This document shows, piece after piece, positions 13,267 to 26,355 of a stretch of DNA of 64,000 nucleotides. Location: the NCBI RefSeq assembly GCF_963921235.1, contig NC_086114.1, positions 21,266,001 through 21,330,000 on the forward strand, written 5' to 3'. Within the stretch, counting starts at the first letter, position 1. Every line of letters begins with the position of its first letter. The stretch is from Mobula hypostoma. Its lineage: Eukaryota. The notes beneath the pieces are model-generated. The model had not been told where the DNA came from, did no database searches, and was given only the letters and a program-made list of their open reading frames with translations. The position numbers and the translations under genes were made by a program.

Positions 13267-13972
13267 TGCATTGCTAGGCCATTTCAAAGGACAAACTATT
13301 TTTAGACAGTTTATTGGGGTTGAGAATAGCTTGCTACCACTGCGCTTTCTTGGGTTTTGAGGAGGCTGGCGAGACCAACTTTGGAACCAAATTCTTGCAC
13401 AAATGGATAAGCAGCTTGAGGGAGTGGATGTCTGGGTAGTCAGTAATGCATTCATTCTGCTACTTACACAGAACTTATGTGTGCCTTCGCGACATTGATT
13501 TCAGATTCTCAATACCATCCCAAATGCTCCTTCTTCACTTTGAACAGCCATAAGTCTGAGATTCCCAGGACTTGGGGATATTGTATTTCTTCAAGGATAC
13601 TATGAGCACATCCTTGAACATGTTCTTCTGTAAATGTGGTAATCTTTTCTTGTGGGATATTTTGTGTTTCAGGAGTCTGGTGCTGAGCATGGGAAAGATA
13701 TGGTACTTTCAACAGAGCTGAATGAGTATAGAAAACTCCTGGTTTACCATGTAGCAATAATTTACATGTTTACTCATCTGAGCACAGACTACCTATAGCA
13801 TGCACCTCAAGGCAATGAAATACCATCAGCGGTGTCTCTGCAAAATCTTGTAAACTCATTGGACAAAAAAGAAAATCAATGCCCTGTGGAAAGCCAGCAT
13901 TCTAAACCACATTGCCTCTGTCCAGAACCTTATGAACCCCACCAAGTTAAGGCAGCAAATTTTCTACCGTAA
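13267..13972 (+). pseudogene. Decayed exon of a multi-RGS-domain gene (RGS domain start and end motifs)
   Basis: Poly-T tract and CAG acceptor; reads ALLGHFKGQTIFRQFIGVENSLLPLRFL (RGS spacing LLxHxxGxxxFRxFLxxExSxxxLxF) ... QGYYEHILEHVLL*MW*SFL; six internal stops in one frame. Confidence 0.6.
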
Positions 13973-14779
13973 AGGACGTGAATAAACTATCTCAGTCTAA
14001 TATGTTGTAAGGTCAACATTACTGATTTAATAATGATCACTAAATATATTTTACTGAATTTAAATCCCTCAGCCAAATTGTTATCCAAAATAATGAATTG
14101 CTCATTGTGTGGCATAACCATTGTATTTCTATATATCATCTTATGAATGGTGGGGCATTTGGGGTTTGAGGTTTTTTTTATATAAACTTTTCCTCACTTT
14201 TAACAATAACCTGCATCTTATAATCTTAGAGTTCTAAACACGAGTTGGGAGAGGTGACTGAAAAATTAGATAAGGATTGAAACAAGTTTGTAGTCAACTT
14301 TCCATGGAAAGAGTTAGCTGGAATAGACATGAAAGGAAATAACAAAGTATAACGTCACAGGTGCTGAAGCCTTGCCACTGAGAATGGGATATTGTGAATG
14401 TCGGATCAAAGGCACAGACTCCAGCACTGGGTTAGAGATGTTGTGGAGATAAGACATTAGAGTACAAACATATACAGTATGCATACAGGCATCCATATCT
14501 TTAGCCACTGGGTGGTAAATCTGTGGAATTTGTTGCCACTGGTGTCTGTGGAAACCAAGTCATTGGCCATATTTAAAGTGGAGATTAATAGGTTCTTGAT
14601 TAGGAAGTGCGTTAAAGGTCACAGGGAAAAGGCAGGAGAATGGGGTTGAGAGGGAAATTAAGTCAACCATGATCAAAAAGCAGAGCAGACTCAATGGGCC
14701 AAATGGCCTAATTAGACCATAGGAGCAGAACTATTCCCAATTACAAATACATTTCTCCTCTCTTGCCACCCCCCCCCCC

Positions 14780-15170
14780 CACCCCACTCCTGGACTGGGT
14801 CCCTGAATCCCTGAATGATAGTTCGATTGCTCATCCTCACTATTGTCCTCACCCTCAGCCTCATGGTAGCAACAATCTCTGACCTCAAGGGCTCTTCCAG
14901 CACCACCACCTACTGGATCCCCCTACCTGCCTCGCTCGCAGTCACACTCTCCTGTCCCTGACCACAGACCAAATTTGAAGTAGTTAATCTGTTGGGTGTG
15001 AACTGCCTCCTGAAACAGAGAGTTCAGGTAACTCTCCCACTCCCCTATGCATCGCAGTGTTTGAAGCTCAGATCCCAAGTCATCACCTTTGAGCCTGAGT
15101 TTCTCCAACAGCAGATGTGGTCATCAGGAACCACAGTGGGGTCCACCAGCTCCCCACAATCTGCTCCTAT
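14780..15170 (-). mobile_element. CR1 ORF1-region fragment (CR1 3' fragment on + at ~14505-14720)
   Basis: ELQTLRCIGEWESYLNSLFQEAV and PDDHIC resemble CR1 ORF1. Confidence 0.55.
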
Positions 15171-15206
15171 TTCTGTATTCCCAGTTCTGCTCTTAAATCT
15201 TATCAG

Positions 15207-15375
15207 ATGTGGAAGCAGAACTTGAAACCACAACCTTGCCTCTGCATATATTACTTCAGGAATTACTTCGAAGTGATGTATCCAGACTTTCATATATTGT
15301 CTACAGTACATCGATGACTACACTCTGCGAAATATTTTGTGGTGCTTTGAAAGGGACGTGAAAGATGCCCATTTT
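15207..15375 (+). pseudogene. Decayed RGS-like exon (domain N-terminal half)
   Basis: CAG acceptor at 15204-15206; LHILLQELLRSDVSR, frameshift, then FIYCLQYIDDYTLRNILWCFERDVKD. Confidence 0.45.
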
Positions 15376-15418
15376 TAATACAAATTTTACAAACAAATTC
15401 ATCATCACCACCTCTTAC

Positions 15419-15713
15419 CTGCAAGAACTGAGCACAAAGTAACCATCAGCACCAGGTGACCAATGCTGGAAGAGGCTCTCTTTTTCAGTTTGAATGCTTG
15501 CATCAGAGCTAAGCTGGCCATTGGGGTGAACTGCCTGATGAACATGAAGACAGTAGAGTAGGAGGCAGTCACAGCCCACATAATTAAGATGGAATGAAAA
15601 CTGAAACAAATGGAAGGGAGCAAGAAAATCTCACCACGCTCCAGTAAATAGGGTTCAATCTTCAGCAGCCTGACTCGTTTTAATAACTGCAGTATTACAA
15701 TGGTCAGTAGTGC
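15419..15713 (-). CDS. SLC35D-like transporter, exon 2
   Basis: TAG acceptor, GTAAGA donor; 295 bp, phase 0 to 1; ALLTIVILQLLKRVRLLKIEPY...LLPSICF...VFMFIRQFTPMASL...LCSVLAG. Confidence 0.87.
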
Positions 15714-15985
15714 CTATCAAAAGGTAAACACAAATTTATGGAGAATATTGTCATATGAGTGTCTCAGTACATTACAGAAAATGAATTTCTTTAAAGCTGT
15801 ATACATTGAATTTCCTTCTGGAATGAAACAATGATATTATTGATATCCTCTTCAAAGGCAAATTTGACTGTTTCAACATTGACAATGTAATTGACCATAG
15901 GCCTTCCCCGGGTTACAATCGCCTGACTTAGGAACATCCTTAGATGCAAACAAGCCCCCATAATATTATTAAATTCAAAGTCTGG

Positions 15986-17215
15986 CATAAGAAATAGGAG
16001 CAGGAGTAGGTCATCTGGCCCGATGAGCCTGCTCTGCCATTCAATAAGTTCATGGCTGATCTGGCCATGGACTCATCTGCACCTACCAGCCTTTTCCCCA
16101 TAACCCTTAATTCCCCGACTCTGCAAAAATCTATCCAACCCCAACCTTGTCTTAAATATATTTACTGAGATAGCTTCCACTGCTTCATTGGGCAGAGAAT
16201 TCCATAGATTGACCACTCTTTGGAAAAAACAGTTCCTCCTCATCTCCAACCTAAATCTACTCCCCTGAATCTTGAGGCTTTGCCCCCTAATTCTAGTCTT
16301 ACCTACCAGTGGAAACAACTTTTCTGCCTCTATCTTATCTATCCCTTTAATAATTTTATAAGTTTCTATAAGATCTCTTCTCATTCTTCTGAATCCCAGG
16401 CGACTCAATCTCTCCTCATAGACTAATCCCCTCATCTCTGGAATCAATCTGGTGAACTTCCTCTGCACTGCCTCCAAAGCCAGTATACCCTTCCTCAAGT
16501 CAGGAGACCAGAACTGCACAGTACTCCAGTTGCAGCCTCACCAGTACCCTCTACAGTTGCAGCATAACCTCCCTGTTCTTAAGTTCAATCCCTCCAGCAC
16601 TGAAGGCTAACATTCCATTTGCCTTCTTGATAGCCTGCTGCACCCGCAAACCAACCTTTTGTGCTTCATGCACAAGCACTCCAAAGTCTCTCTGCACAGC
16701 AGCATGCTGCAATTTTTTCCCATTTAAATAATAATCTTTTTCATTTTTCCTTCCAAATTTGATGACCTCACATTTACCAACATTGTACTCCATCTGCCAG
16801 ACGCTTACCCACTCCTATCTCTTTCTCTCTGCAGACTCTCCGTATCTTCTACACAATTTGCTTTTCCACTCAATCTAGTATCATCAGCAAACTTAGATCA
16901 TTACACTTGGTCCGCTCTTACAGATCGTTAATGTATATCGTGAACAGTTGTGGACCCAGCACCAACCCCTGAGGCACACCGTTCACCACTGATTGCCAAC
17001 CAGAGTAACACCCACGTATCCCAACTCTCTGCTTTCTATTAGTTAACCACTCCTCTCTCCATGCTAATACATCACCCCCAACTCTATGTATCCTTAATTT
17101 ATGGATCAGTCTTTTATGTGGCACCTTATCAAATGCCTTCTGGAAATCTAAGTAAATGATGTCCATCTTTTCCACTCTATCCACTGGGCTCATTACATCC
17201 TCAAAATACTCTAAG
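15986..17215 (-). mobile_element. CR1 LINE 3' part
   Basis: YLDFQKAFDKVPHKRL, GVPQGLVLGP, FQRVVNLWNSLP. Confidence 0.9.
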
Positions 17216-17811
17216 TACACGTTCTTTCATGCAGATGACAGAACCACTTTCCTCTCTTTCATTACACTTTGGAATAAGATGCCCGAGGATTAGATGTGGG
17301 TTCTATTTTAACTTCAAAAGCAAAGTTTGGATAAGTACATGGATGGGAGGAATACAGGGGGCTACAGTCCAGCTACAGGTCAATGAGACGAGACAGAATA
17401 ACAGTTTGGCACAGACTGAAGGTCCATAAAGCTGTAGTGCTTTATGACTGTTAGTAGTTATTCTTTCTTATTAGTCTTTTGTGTTCCTGATGTCATGTAT
17501 TACAATAATGCGGTGGTAGGGTTACCATATGGAGATATTTTTATATATATTCTGATGTAGGGACAAAATTGACTTATGTACATCTGTTAAAAATGAAACC
17601 TGTTTGTTACCCAGGCATGGACTGTACTACACTCTCAGATCTGTCCTCATTATGAAGCCTTGGTTCCTGGACTGTGTTCAAATCACTGTACAGTCTCCAT
17701 ATTGGTTAACAAACAAGCTATCAGCATTTGCTTTGTAGATGCTGGATCCCAAGAGAAGGATTTTGTAGAATGCCTTTTTGGAACAGCCTGTGGTTGAGTC
17801 CACAAAGAATT

Positions 17812-18606
17812 AGCAGATGAAATATAGTGTGGGGAAGTTTTGGTCAAATAAAGGCTAGACTATTTTCTAAACAGGGAGAAAATTCAGAAATCGGAGGGGC
17901 AAAGGAACCAGGGAGTCCTTGTACAGGAGTTCCTAAAGGTTAACTTGCAGGCTGAATCAGTAATAAGGAAGGCAAATGCAATGTTAGCATTTTATTTCGA
18001 GAGGATTAGAATATAAAAGCAAGGATGTAATGCTGAGGCTTTATAAGGCATTGGTCAGACCACAAATGGAGAATTGTGAGCAGTTTTGGGGCGAAGAAAA
18101 GATATGCTGGCATTGGAAAGGGTCCAGAGGAAGTTCATGAGAATGACTCTGGGAGTGAAAGGTTTAGTGAATGAGGGGTGTTTGATGGCTCTGGGCCTAC
18201 ACCTGCCGGTGTTTAGGAGAATTAGGTGGATCTCACTGAAACTTCGATCTTATCAAATATTGAAAGACTTAGAGAAAGAGATGGAAAGATGTTTTCTGTA
18301 GTGGGAAAGTCTAGGACCAGATGGCACAGCCTCAGAACAGAGCAGTGTCCTTTTAAAATAGAGATGAGGGCAAATTTTTTTAGCCAGAGGGTAATAATTC
18401 TGTGGAATTCATTGCCACAGATGGTTGTGGAAGCCAAGTTACTGGGTATATTTAAAACTGATTTTAATAAGTTCTTGATTGGTAAGGGTGTTAAAGGTTA
18501 AAGGGAGAAGGTAGGAGAATGGAGTTGAGAGGGATAATAAATCCGCCAGGATGGAATGCCAGAGCAGACTCAATGGCCTGAATGGCCGAATTCTGCTCCT
18601 ATGTCT
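17812..18606 (+). mobile_element. CR1 LINE 3' fragment
   Basis: LERVQRKF, FFSQRVIILWNSLP; CR1 3' UTR. Confidence 0.85.
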
Positions 18607-18727
18607 TGAAGTTCTGAGTTTGGAGACAGAGTTGCTCAGATAAGAAACTGCAATGCATTTTGTAGATGGGCAGCACAGTTGCATCGTGTAAGATTGGGAT
18701 TTGATGCCCATTGTTGTCTGGAAGGAG

Positions 18728-19947
18728 GCTAGACAAGGGAGATGCAGTGGATGTTGTATATTTGGATTTTCAGAAGGCCTTTGACAAGGTGCCACACATG
18801 AGGCTACTTAACAAGATAAGAGCCCATGGAATTACGGGGAAGTTACATTCCCATAGCATTGGCTGATTGGCAGGAAACAGAGAGTGGGAATAAAGGGATC
18901 CTATTCTGGTTGGCTGCCGATTACCAGTGGTGTTCTACAGGGGTCCGTGTTGGGGCCGCTTCTTTTTACATTGTACATCGACGATTTACATTATGGAATA
19001 GATGGCTTTGTGGCTAAGTTTGCTGACGATACGAAGACAGGAGGAGGGGCCGGTAGTGCTGAAGAAACTGAGAGTCTGCAGAGAGACTTCGATAGATTGG
19101 AAGAATGGGCAAAGAAGTGGCAAATGAAATACAATGTTGGAAGGTGTATGGTTATGCACTTTGGCAGAAGAAATAAATGGGCAGACTATTATTTAAATGG
19201 GGAGAGAATTCAAAGTTCTGAGATGCAACGGGACTTGGGAGTCCTCGTACAGGATACCCTTAAGGTTAACCTCCAGGTTGAGTCAGTGGTGAAGAAGGCG
19301 AATGCAATGTTAGCATTCATTTCTAGAGGAATAGAGTATAGGAGCAGGGATGTGATGTTGAGGCCCTATAAGGCACTGGTGAGACCTCACTTGGAGTACT
19401 GTGGGTAGTTTTGGTCTCCTTATTTAAGAAAGGATGTGCTGACATTGGAGAGGGTACAGAGAAGATTCACTAGAATGATTCCGGGAATGAGAGGGTTAAC
19501 ATATGAGGAACGTTTGTCCGCTCTTGGACTGTATTCCTTGGAGTTTAGAAGAATGAGGGGAGACCTCATAGAAACATTTTGAATGTTGAAAGGCATGGAC
19601 AGAGTGGATGTGGCAAAGTTGTTTCCCATGATGGGGGAGTCCAGTACGAGAGGGCATGACTTAAGGATTGAAGGGCGCTCATTCAGAACAGAAATGTGAA
19701 GAAATTTTTTTAGCCAGAGGGTGGTGAATCTATGGAATTTGTTGCCACGGGTGGCAGTGGAGGCCAAGTCATTGGGTGTATTTAAGGCAGAGATTGATAG
19801 GTATCTGAGTAGCCAGGGCATCAAAGGTTATGGTGAGAAGGCGGGGGAGTGGGACTAAATGGGAGAATGGATCAGCTCATGATAAAATGGCAGAGCAGAC
19901 TCGATGGGCCGAATGGCCGACTTCTGCTTCTTTGTCTTATGGTATGT
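18728..19947 (+). mobile_element. CR1 LINE inserted into a V-SINE
   Basis: QGSVLGP, KFADD, RPHLEYC; TSD TCTGGAAGGAG at 18717-18727 and 19948-19958; V-SINE sequence resumes at 19959. Confidence 0.9.
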
Positions 19948-21088
19948 TCTGGAAGGAGCGTGTATGTTCTTCCCATTACTGTGTAGGTTTCCTCTGGGTG
20001 CTCCAGTTTCCTCCTACATTCCAAAGATGTATGGATTTAGGGAGCTAATCTTGATCCACCCACTGTGCATCAGTAATGGAGGGTATGAATGTTTACCCTA
20101 ATGGATTGGGTACAAGTGAAGTGGATTGCTGTGTCACGGACGGAGCTAAGTATCCTGAATGTTGTTGGAGTCTAGTCACTGAAGGACAGTCCCAAAGTAC
20201 TTTACAGATAATGCATGCAGAGAAACTATTGCCATGCAGGAAACAGCTATTTTATACACAGAGGGCAATGTAATAATGAACAGATGACTTGCATGAGTAA
20301 TGTTGAGTGAAGTGTAAATATTGCTTAAGGTAATGGGGCGAACTTCCATAGTCTCCAAAATACTGACAATACAAGAGACTGTAGATGCTGGAATCTAGAG
20401 CTGCAAACAATCTGTAGGTCAGGCAGCGTCTGTTGGGGGGGGGGGGAATGGACAGGGGTCATTTGAGGTTGAGATCAAGGTCTTGACCGGAAGCGTCAAA
20501 TGTCAATTTCCTTCCACAAACCCTGTTGGCCCGCGAAGATCCTCCAGCATCTTATTTTCTCCTTCAAAATATTTTATACTAATCGGGGAAAGCAGGCAGG
20601 CTCTCGGTTCAACTTCTCTGTCCCGAAAGAGTCCAACGCACACCCTCAATTTTGGGGATATCAGTTGGAGTTTTTTTTAAATGAAATAATTTATTTCAAT
20701 CGCAGATACATAAAAATATATTACCACTAACATCAGGTCCTACGCAGTACGACCCACGCTCTCTTGGATTCTGTATTCAACCCTACAGAGTTAAATGTCC
20801 AACCATCGGACTCGAATTAAAGATCACGCTAACTCCTCTCATCTCCAAGTTACTTAACTCGTGTTCAAACACGTGATGTCGCGCTTAAAACAATAGTTTC
20901 AAGCCCCGTTGCAGATATTTATCTATTTGATGGATCAAGCGTCATTAAACTCGATATATTAAATACATTGCTGAAGATGTTGGGAGTTGTAGACCTCAGA
21001 CTGAGACACTTGTTCCGGCAACAGAGCAAGTCATCCAACTGCTGGATTACAAATCCCAGGATGCATGCACAGACCCGGGTTCGCTCAC

Positions 21089-21253
21089 CTGACAGAGGAC
21101 GATGAAGGCGGGGAAGGTGAAGCGGTACTGGTTGATGAAGATCCTACTGAAGAACTCGAAAAACGCAGAACAGGCAGTGTAGAGAACACAGGCTGACAGC
21201 CAGCAGCCGCATTGGAGCCACTTTCGCAAACCTTCTGGTCCCGGGACCGCCAT
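21089..21253 (-). CDS. SLC35D-like transporter, exon 1
   Basis: GGGATGG Kozak; MAVPGPEGLRKWLQCGCWLSACVLYTACSAFFEFFSRIFINQYRFTFPAFIVLCQ then GTGAG donor; YxFxFP..Q is typical of SLC35D TM1-TM2; three exons total 975 bp = 324 aa plus stop; CpG-rich context with GC box at 21271-21278. Confidence 0.87.
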
Positions 21254-21867
21254 CCCAATGAATGGGACCTGGGGCGGGAAGTCCAACCCGAGTCAAATTA
21301 AAAATTAACCACGGGCAATTAAACTGTGGAGGGAGCCAGGTTGAATTCTCCCCACAGACCTTTATTCCCACAACAGTTAATGATTTACAGGATATACCCA
21401 ATGCCCCTAGATAGAAATACAGAAAAAATATTCTGTAAATCAAAAATAGAATGTCCGATGTTCAAAATTAGGCACAGGAAATGGTGGATTATATTATTTT
21501 ATGAGTGTCCTTAAATCAAAATTCAAAGGGAAAATATCTAATTTGTTTGGTGTCTTTCTAATTCTCAGGGTTCAAAATGTTTACTTAGTTGAGGAGTCCC
21601 TGACACCATGAAAGATGATACTTCATATAGAAATAAGCACGACTCAGACAGGTAGATAGATGGAGTGATTAAATTACAATTAGAAAAGGGCGTGACGAAA
21701 GGAAATGATAATAAGAACCATATCAAAATTTCCCATAGAATGGCAGCGCCAGCGTCTTACGTTGTGGAAACGATGTGGATTTTCCTGAAGAGGCTCCATG
21801 TTTGTGTTTGGGGAGTCAAAGTGGGCACATCAATATTAACACTACGGCGGGCTCAGTTTGCAGTTGT

Positions 21868-22692
21868 ACTTACTGACTGTTATGCCACCGACGTTTAGGG
21901 CAGCAATGAAGGTCCTTCATTTCTGGCGGTGTTCAGGGCTTCCTTCATCGTGTCAGTAGCTTCCTCTCGGTCTTCACTACTGTCAGTCATGCAAGTCCCG
22001 GGTGGATACTCAGGAATACCGTCGCACTCAGATGTAGAAGAATTCTTCATTGCTGTTTCCGTAACGATTTTGTTTTACTAGTCAGGGTTGTTAGCCCTAA
22101 GCTGGACCCCCAAACCTGGAGGACCGGTGGACCATCTTAGTCTGTCCTCTATAGTCATAGTTATAATCATAGTCATACTTTATTGATCCCGAGGGAAATT
22201 GGTTTTCGTTACAGTTGCACCATAAATAATTAAATAGTAATAGACCATAAATAGTTAAATAGTAATATGTAAATTATGCCAGGAAATGTCCAGGACCAGC
22301 CTATTGGCTCAGGGTGTCTGACCCTCCAAGGGAGGAGTTGTAAAGTTTGATGAAAAGCAGAAATGACTTCCTATGACACTCAGTGTTGCATCTCGGTGGA
22401 ATGAGTCTCTGGCTGAATGTACTCCTGTGCCCAACCAGTCCATTATGTAGTAGATGGGAGACATTGTCCAAGATGACATGCAACTTGGACAGCATCCTCT
22501 TTTCAGACACCACCGTCAAACAGTCCAGTTCCATCCCTACAACATCACTGGCCTTACGAATATTTTGACCTTTTGGCATGGGCGACCCTACCAAGGGTCA
22601 AAGCATAAAGCCCTGACTCCAGCTGACATGGCTCTCCGGGTCATTGAGGCACACAAGCCTCCAAACCACGACAAGGTTGTGGTCCTCTTGGC
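21868..22692 (-). mobile_element. RTE-related short element split by a Rex1-type 3' fragment (~22152-22562)
   Basis: RTE/Expander-like 5' end CCTTGTCGTGGTTTGGAGGCTTGTGTGCCTCAATGA; the insert encodes TFSQRLIPPRCNTECHRKSFL..IKLYN and has a (TATGAC)n tail. Confidence 0.6.
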
Positions 22693-23169
22693 GGAACTTA
22701 CAATTGTACATCAGAGTAATTTTATAAACTGAACAGCATAGAAACAGGTCATTCTGCACGATCAACCCAGCACCGTTTATTCTCCTTTCAACCTTCTTCC
22801 AATCTTTCCTTGCATAAACTCCGGTCACTTCTTCTCTGCGTGTATGCCTGTCAAATTCTTCCATACAATTTGTCTCCTTTAGATAGCAAGTCCCACATTT
22901 TCACATTAATCTCAAATATATTAATTTTTTCTCTCTACTCGATTTCTGGGTGTTTGTTTTAAACAGGGTCCTTAAGCCAGATATATTCAAAATGAATAGA
23001 AATATCGTGTTTTGATTTCAAATTATTGCTTAATTTAATAAAAAACTGAATCAGGTTATAAAATCATCTTATAAAATTAAAGGCCCATTTGGTTTGTGCT
23101 GGCCAAAGGAGTGATACAGTACTCAGCTTAACCCCACCATCCTACATTTGATCTATTGTTCGCATGTCA

Positions 23170-24780
23170 AGAGCCATAGAGTTCTATGGTATTGAGGAGA
23201 GTCCAGAAGCAAGCCTTGTTGACCATCTATGACTATGTTAATCCCATTAACCTGCCTAAGATCCAAACCCTCCCATGCCTTGTATATTTAGGCATCCATC
23301 TAAGCTTTCTTCAGCAATGACTTCCAGATATCAACCATCATCTGTGCAAACTACTTCCCCATCAAATCCTGATTAAAATTCCTTCCTATCACGTTGATGC
23401 TCTACTTCTTGTTTTCAATACCTTATCACGAGGAAAAGTTTCTAATTATCTACCCCATACCTCCTATGATTTTATGTTTCTCTATCAGGTCATTCTTCTG
23501 CCTTCTTTACTCGAGGAAAACAAGCTCAGGCTATCACATTTCATCTCTTTACTGGAATCAGCTCTGCCACGGATGGCCCCAAGCCTGGCTGCAATAGGAG
23601 AAGGGTTAGGCATAGGGCTGGCAATGCCATCCTGAAAAAAAATAGAACTGCAGAAACGCCAGCAGAAGCTCCAAAGACTTTGTCCTTGGAAGAGGAAGAA
23701 TCTTAAAATAGGCTACACTTAGGGACAACATGTGAAACAGCCCCAGGACTCTGGTGAGCTGCTGTTAGCAGCCTACGCCCTAGTAGGAGCAATGGGTTTA
23801 AGAATAAAAAGATTAGCATCTTCCAATCCAGGCAACATCCTGGTGAAGGTCCTCCATGCTTTCTCCAATGCAACCACATCCTTCATCACATTGGACCAGA
23901 TCTCATAGTTTCATCTCCTCACAGCCACAATTTCTCCATCATTGCAGTATTCTCAAATATCTACTCTATTTCTGTCTTCTACATTTTGCATCATTCTTGA
24001 AATGCAATGACTATAAGTATTTGCAATACTCAAATTATGGTTCAATTAGTATTGTATAAACTCTAGCATAATCTCTGCTCTTATATGCTATGCTTTTGCT
24101 AATAATTTATCCTTCAATTTTTAATGATCTCTTTCATACACTCCGAGGTCTTTCTATTCTTCACACCTCTCTGTATTCTCCATTTTTTGTGTATTCTCTT
24201 GCTTTGTCGAAAATGTATTACTTCCTATATTTTTAGATTGAACTCCACACCAGTTTTCTGTCCAATTGACCAGATCATCATATCTTGTTGTGGATAAAGC
24301 TTTCCTTCTCAAAACCAGATTTTGTACCTTGTGTAAATTTCTTTATCATGTCCTCTTCATTTCAGTCTAAATCATTTATACTACAAAAGCAAGGGATTGA
24401 TACAGCTCTTTGTGGAACCCCAATAGTAATAATCTCCTAGTGGTAAAAATATCCTCATTGTCATCTTTGCTTTGTTTCCTATCACTGAGCCAACTTCTAT
24501 CTAATCTTGTTTGAATCACATAGGGTTTTAGTTTGTTTTTTTACACCTGGACATCTTATCTAATGCCTTGCTAAAATCCACAAAGACTACATCAAATATA
24601 CTGCACTCATCAACCTTCCAATTCACATCTTCACCCTTCAAAAAATTGAAGAGCTAGAAATTCTTTTCTTAGAAAATCCATGCTGCATTTGATCAAGGTG
24701 CCTTTCAAAATGAAATTTTATACTGTCCCTCAAATAATTGGTGTTTTGCTGAGGTTAAAGCTACTGATCTATAACTAGCC
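23170..24780 (-). mobile_element. Old, heavily decayed CR1 LINE pieces
   Basis: Residual motifs, e.g. AATGCCTTGCTAAAATCC (DFSKAF-like) and TCCAATCCAGGCAACATCCTGGTGAA. Confidence 0.55.
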
Positions 24781-25049
24781 TGTTAATTTCTTCTCATTTG
24801 ACATTTCAGGAGTCTCCTTTAAAAGGAGAAAATAAACCAAGTCTGTTCTAACTTTCCTAATAAGTACAAACTTCATAGTTTAGCTCTTTATCTTTAAATA
24901 TTTTGTTTTAAATATTCTTATTTTACATCTTTATTAAACATATTTATTTTAAATATTTTGCCAGCACCCACCACCTGTTGTAAATGAATAAGAATATGGT
25001 GTTAATTGGTCATTATAAATCATCCTATGATTAAGCTGATTCCTAAGGT

Positions 25050-25615
25050 TGTCACAGCTGGGGTGGTAGTGGGGATAAGCTCCCACTACTTATAAAGTGC
25101 TCCAAATGGCATGCATCTCTAACAGCCTCTGATAACCAAGTCCAATTCTTGGCCTTCACGTGTGGCTCGGCAGAACTGTTTCTACTAACAAGAGACAGGG
25201 CAAAGGCAGACCACTGGTGCCTCAAAACCAGTCACTTCCGGCAGGTGGGGCTCATCAGCCTTGGACGGCAACCCCTCTAGGAGGAAGAAAACTCCGATTT
25301 AAAACCTCCGCTGCCTTGCGGCCATATCCACCCATGGAAAAGGCTTTGGGAGGAAGAAATCCGGAGCCAGGGTCCCTAAGACAGTTTGATGTTGTTTACT
25401 TCACTCTGGCAACCTCTGCGACAACACTGGTGCTAGTTGTATCGACACTTGCCCTTCCCTTGGACTACATCAGTGACGTGGGGAGAGGGAATCCGCTGCA
25501 TGGGCAACAGCCGGTTCTTCAAATCTTCCCGCCCAGGCTTATGTCCTGGAGAGGACACAGTCCACCAGAGGCACAAACCCATGATCCCCTGGGTTCGACG
25601 GCTGCTTACTACTAT
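25050..25615 (+). mobile_element. RTE-related SINE/non-autonomous element
   Basis: 3' half shared with the SINE at 39748-40065 (CTCTGCGAC.ACACTGGTGC...GCCCTTCCCTTGGAC); short TAC-repeat tail. Confidence 0.55.
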
Positions 25616-26355
25616 GATTAAGCTATGGTTAAATAGATGGGTTGCTGGGCAGCGCAGCTCATTGGGCTGGAAGGCCCTATTCTGAGCTGTATCTCTAAAT
25701 AAACTGTACACATCATATCATGTGGTATCTAAATTTAAATCACAAGATATCATCCACTAACTGTAACACACACTGTTGATAAGTATGTGTCCTGTTTAAG
25801 GCTGAATTGAGAATCCAGCGTCCAAAGAAAGCATAGCCAACATGTCCAGCTCCAATTATTAAAGAAAAACTTTACAACAAAAGAGAATTTCTTCTTAAAT
25901 CAATCACCCATATGCTGGCCAGTAACAAGAGATTCATTTTTGTCTGACAAATTGATTTCATGGAACGCTTCAGGTCTTGGCCCAAAATGTCAGCTCTTTG
26001 TTCCTCTTCATTGATGCTGCCTGATCTGCTGAGTTCCTCCAGCACTTTGTGTGTATTTTCATCATAGATACTTTTGCCAGCATGTGTCAGAGCTGTCAGG
26101 CTGAGATCTGGTGAAGTAGGTTATTTTTTAGGCTCTGGAAATCGAACTACCAATTTTCAACAATCCATTAAATTTACGCCAACTGACCTTCTTCATTCAT
26201 CACGTTCAAAGCCCCGACACTCAGCCAAATATAAAAAGCCATACAAGGAAATTAAAAATGAAATGCAGTTGTGTATAAGTTGGTAACTGCCAAATCCTAA
26301 ATTCTTGGGGGAGAAAAAGGTTTCAGTTAGGTGAAGAGACAAGTAAAACTAAGTA

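Noticed and set aside
21739-21898. ATGGCAGCGCC-initiated ORF (MAAPASYVV...)
   Set aside because: No recognisable homology or splice donor; it runs into an RTE-derived repeat; may only be part of the SLC35D-like upstream region
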